Below are positions 55,102-56,316 of a DNA stretch of 56,316 nucleotides, one piece after another. A model generated the notes under the pieces. It made no database searches. It was not told the DNA's origin and worked only from the letters and a program-made list of their open reading frames with translations. The DNA lies in contig DAOVET010000008.1 in NCBI GenBank assembly GCA_030668825.1, positions 1 to 56,316 of the forward strand. Direction: 5' to 3'. A program made the position numbers and the translations under genes. How positions within the stretch are numbered: position 1 is the stretch's first letter; each line of letters starts with the position of its first letter. Source of the stretch: Candidatus Heimdallarchaeota archaeon. GTDB taxonomy: Archaea; Asgardarchaeota; Heimdallarchaeia; Heimdallarchaeales; Heimdallarchaeaceae.

Positions 55102-56316
55102 ATGATTATTGAAAAATATCAAGCAAAATCACTTATTCGGACATCTAGGAGAAGTCCTCACCATATTCATTTGAATATTTATCAAGGATGCTTTCACAAC
55201 TGTTCTTACTGTGATGGAAAATCTGATGAATATTTTATGCATGATGATTATAGCAATACGATTAGAGCTAAGATTAATGCACCAGAATTACTTGAAGAAT
55301 ATCTGAAGAACAAAGGTTTTCTACCAATCAATAGAGAAAAAACAAATACTCTGTTGGATTTCATTCCTCAATCATCGAGAAAAAAAATGGCAAGTGATAA
55401 TCCAAAATTCATCATTAATATTTTTGGCAATATTTGTGATGTTTATCAACCTGCTGAAGCAGAATTAGAAATAACTAGAAAAATTCTTCAGGTAGCTTAT
55501 GGTTATGGTTTTCCAGTTAGAATATTAACTAAAAATGCTTTAGTCCTACGAGATATTGATTTGATAAAGAAAATCAATCAAGATACATTTGCTAGGGTCG
55601 CATTTACGATTACCCTCTCTAACCCACAAGAGCAACTTATTTTTGAACCCAATGCAAGTTCAACAAATGAAAGGCTTACAGCACTCAAAAAACTTAGAGA
55701 AGAAGGCATTCCTGCGGGGGTTTATATTACTCCTGTCATTCCGTGGATAGGAGATAAAGATGCAAATCTGATTGAGCTTTTTCAACAACTGAAAGATGTT
55801 AAAGCAGAATTTGTCATAACTGGAGGATTAACATTAAAACCTGGAAGAAACAAAGAAGATTTCTTGAAAACAATTGATGAACATCACCCAGAGTTACTGG
55901 TTCTGTATGATGAGCTGTATAGAAACAACTCTATTTATGGTCAACCAGATATGGAAATTTGGAAAAAATACAAATTACAGAATCCAATAAAACAAGGCTA
56001 TCAAATGAGTAGGGAATTTGGTATAAATTTCTATGAACCACGTTATATTCCAGAGGGGACAATAAGGATAAATCTTGAAATAGCAACTATACTGTCTAGG
56101 ATAGCTTTTCTCATGGCGGAGATTTATGAAGAATCTTGGCACAAAGCATACGAACTTCGGGAAGCAGCTATTGAATTGGAGAATTATCCTTCAGATATTA
56201 GTCTGATGAAATTTGAGGAAATCCTTACTTTGCCTTTTGAAAAACATGTTTTTCGACACATAATTGAAATGCTTCAAACAGGAAAAAGCAGCTATCTAGT
56301 AAAAAAAGAAGATAAT
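55102..56316 (+). CDS. Radical SAM protein, SplB/Rv2578c-like (3'-truncated by the window; absent from the ORF track)
   Basis: Manual translation from ATG 55102 gives MIIEKYQAKSLI...NIYQGCFHNCSYC...DVYQPAE...TR.IL...ILTKN.LV.RD.D...FEPNASS...RL. I saw no in-frame stop before the window end. Confidence 0.88.
   Translation, partial: MIIEKYQAKSLIRTSRRSPHHIHLNIYQGCFHNCSYCDGKSDEYFMHDDYSNTIRAKINAPELLEEYLKNKGFLPINREKTNTLLDFIPQSSRKKMASDNPKFIINIFGNICDVYQPAEAELEITRKILQVAYGYGFPVRILTKNALVLRDIDLIKKINQDTFARVAFTITLSNPQEQLIFEPNASSTNERLTALKKLREEGIPAGVYITPVIPWIGDKDANLIELFQQLKDVKAEFVITGGLTLKPGRNKEDFLKTIDEHHPELLVLYDELYRNNSIYGQPDMEIWKKYKLQNPIKQGYQMSREFGINFYEPRYIPEGTIRINLEIATILSRIAFLMAEIYEESWHKAYELREAAIELENYPSDISLMKFEEILTLPFEKHVFRHIIEMLQTGKSSYLVKKEDN

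Noticed and set aside
1-56316. CRISPR array, rRNA, transposase/integrase, provirus
   Set aside because: I saw no regularly spaced repeats, long GC-rich RNA gene or recombinase motifs by eye. Short or degenerate elements could be missed.

Overview
AT-rich (roughly one-third GC by eye), gene-dense archaeal chromosomal segment. Archaeal origin is supported by a class I CCA-enzyme homolog, membrane-anchored LonB, Trm11/TrmG10, a geranylgeranyl reductase, an M42 TET peptidase and GGTGAT Shine-Dalgarno sites. A longin-like gene and a beta-helix surface protein suggest Asgard (probably Heimdallarchaeia), which is an inference. The window holds about 50 CDSs and one tRNA-Gly(CCC) with genome-encoded CCA. 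I saw no CRISPR array, rRNA or mobile element. Most genes are housekeeping: the tRNA-processing cluster cca-thpR-UPF0200-UPF0201-rnz-trm11-prs-lonB, tldD/tldE, etfBA-fixCX and transporters. The striking signal is a set of full-length ORFs whose catalytic residues are specifically replaced. These are a class I CCA-adding enzyme lacking two metal-binding carboxylates and the base-selecting Arg (candidate pseudoenzyme, reminiscent of eukaryotic Utp22/NOL6), two tandem cysteine desulfurase paralogs with Ile at the PLP lysine but an intact persulfide Cys, an exonuclease-dead PolB with an intact polymerase site, and an EtfB without its nucleotide-binding loop. Unusual architectures include an ABC ATPase with an inserted Cys-less IscU/SufU-like domain, an EamA transporter fused to an Lrp/AsnC RAM domain beside a stand-alone RAM protein, and a LolD-type ATPase with a ~390-aa N-terminal extension. 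All motif comparisons were made by eye against remembered family consensus and need alignment or HMM confirmation.
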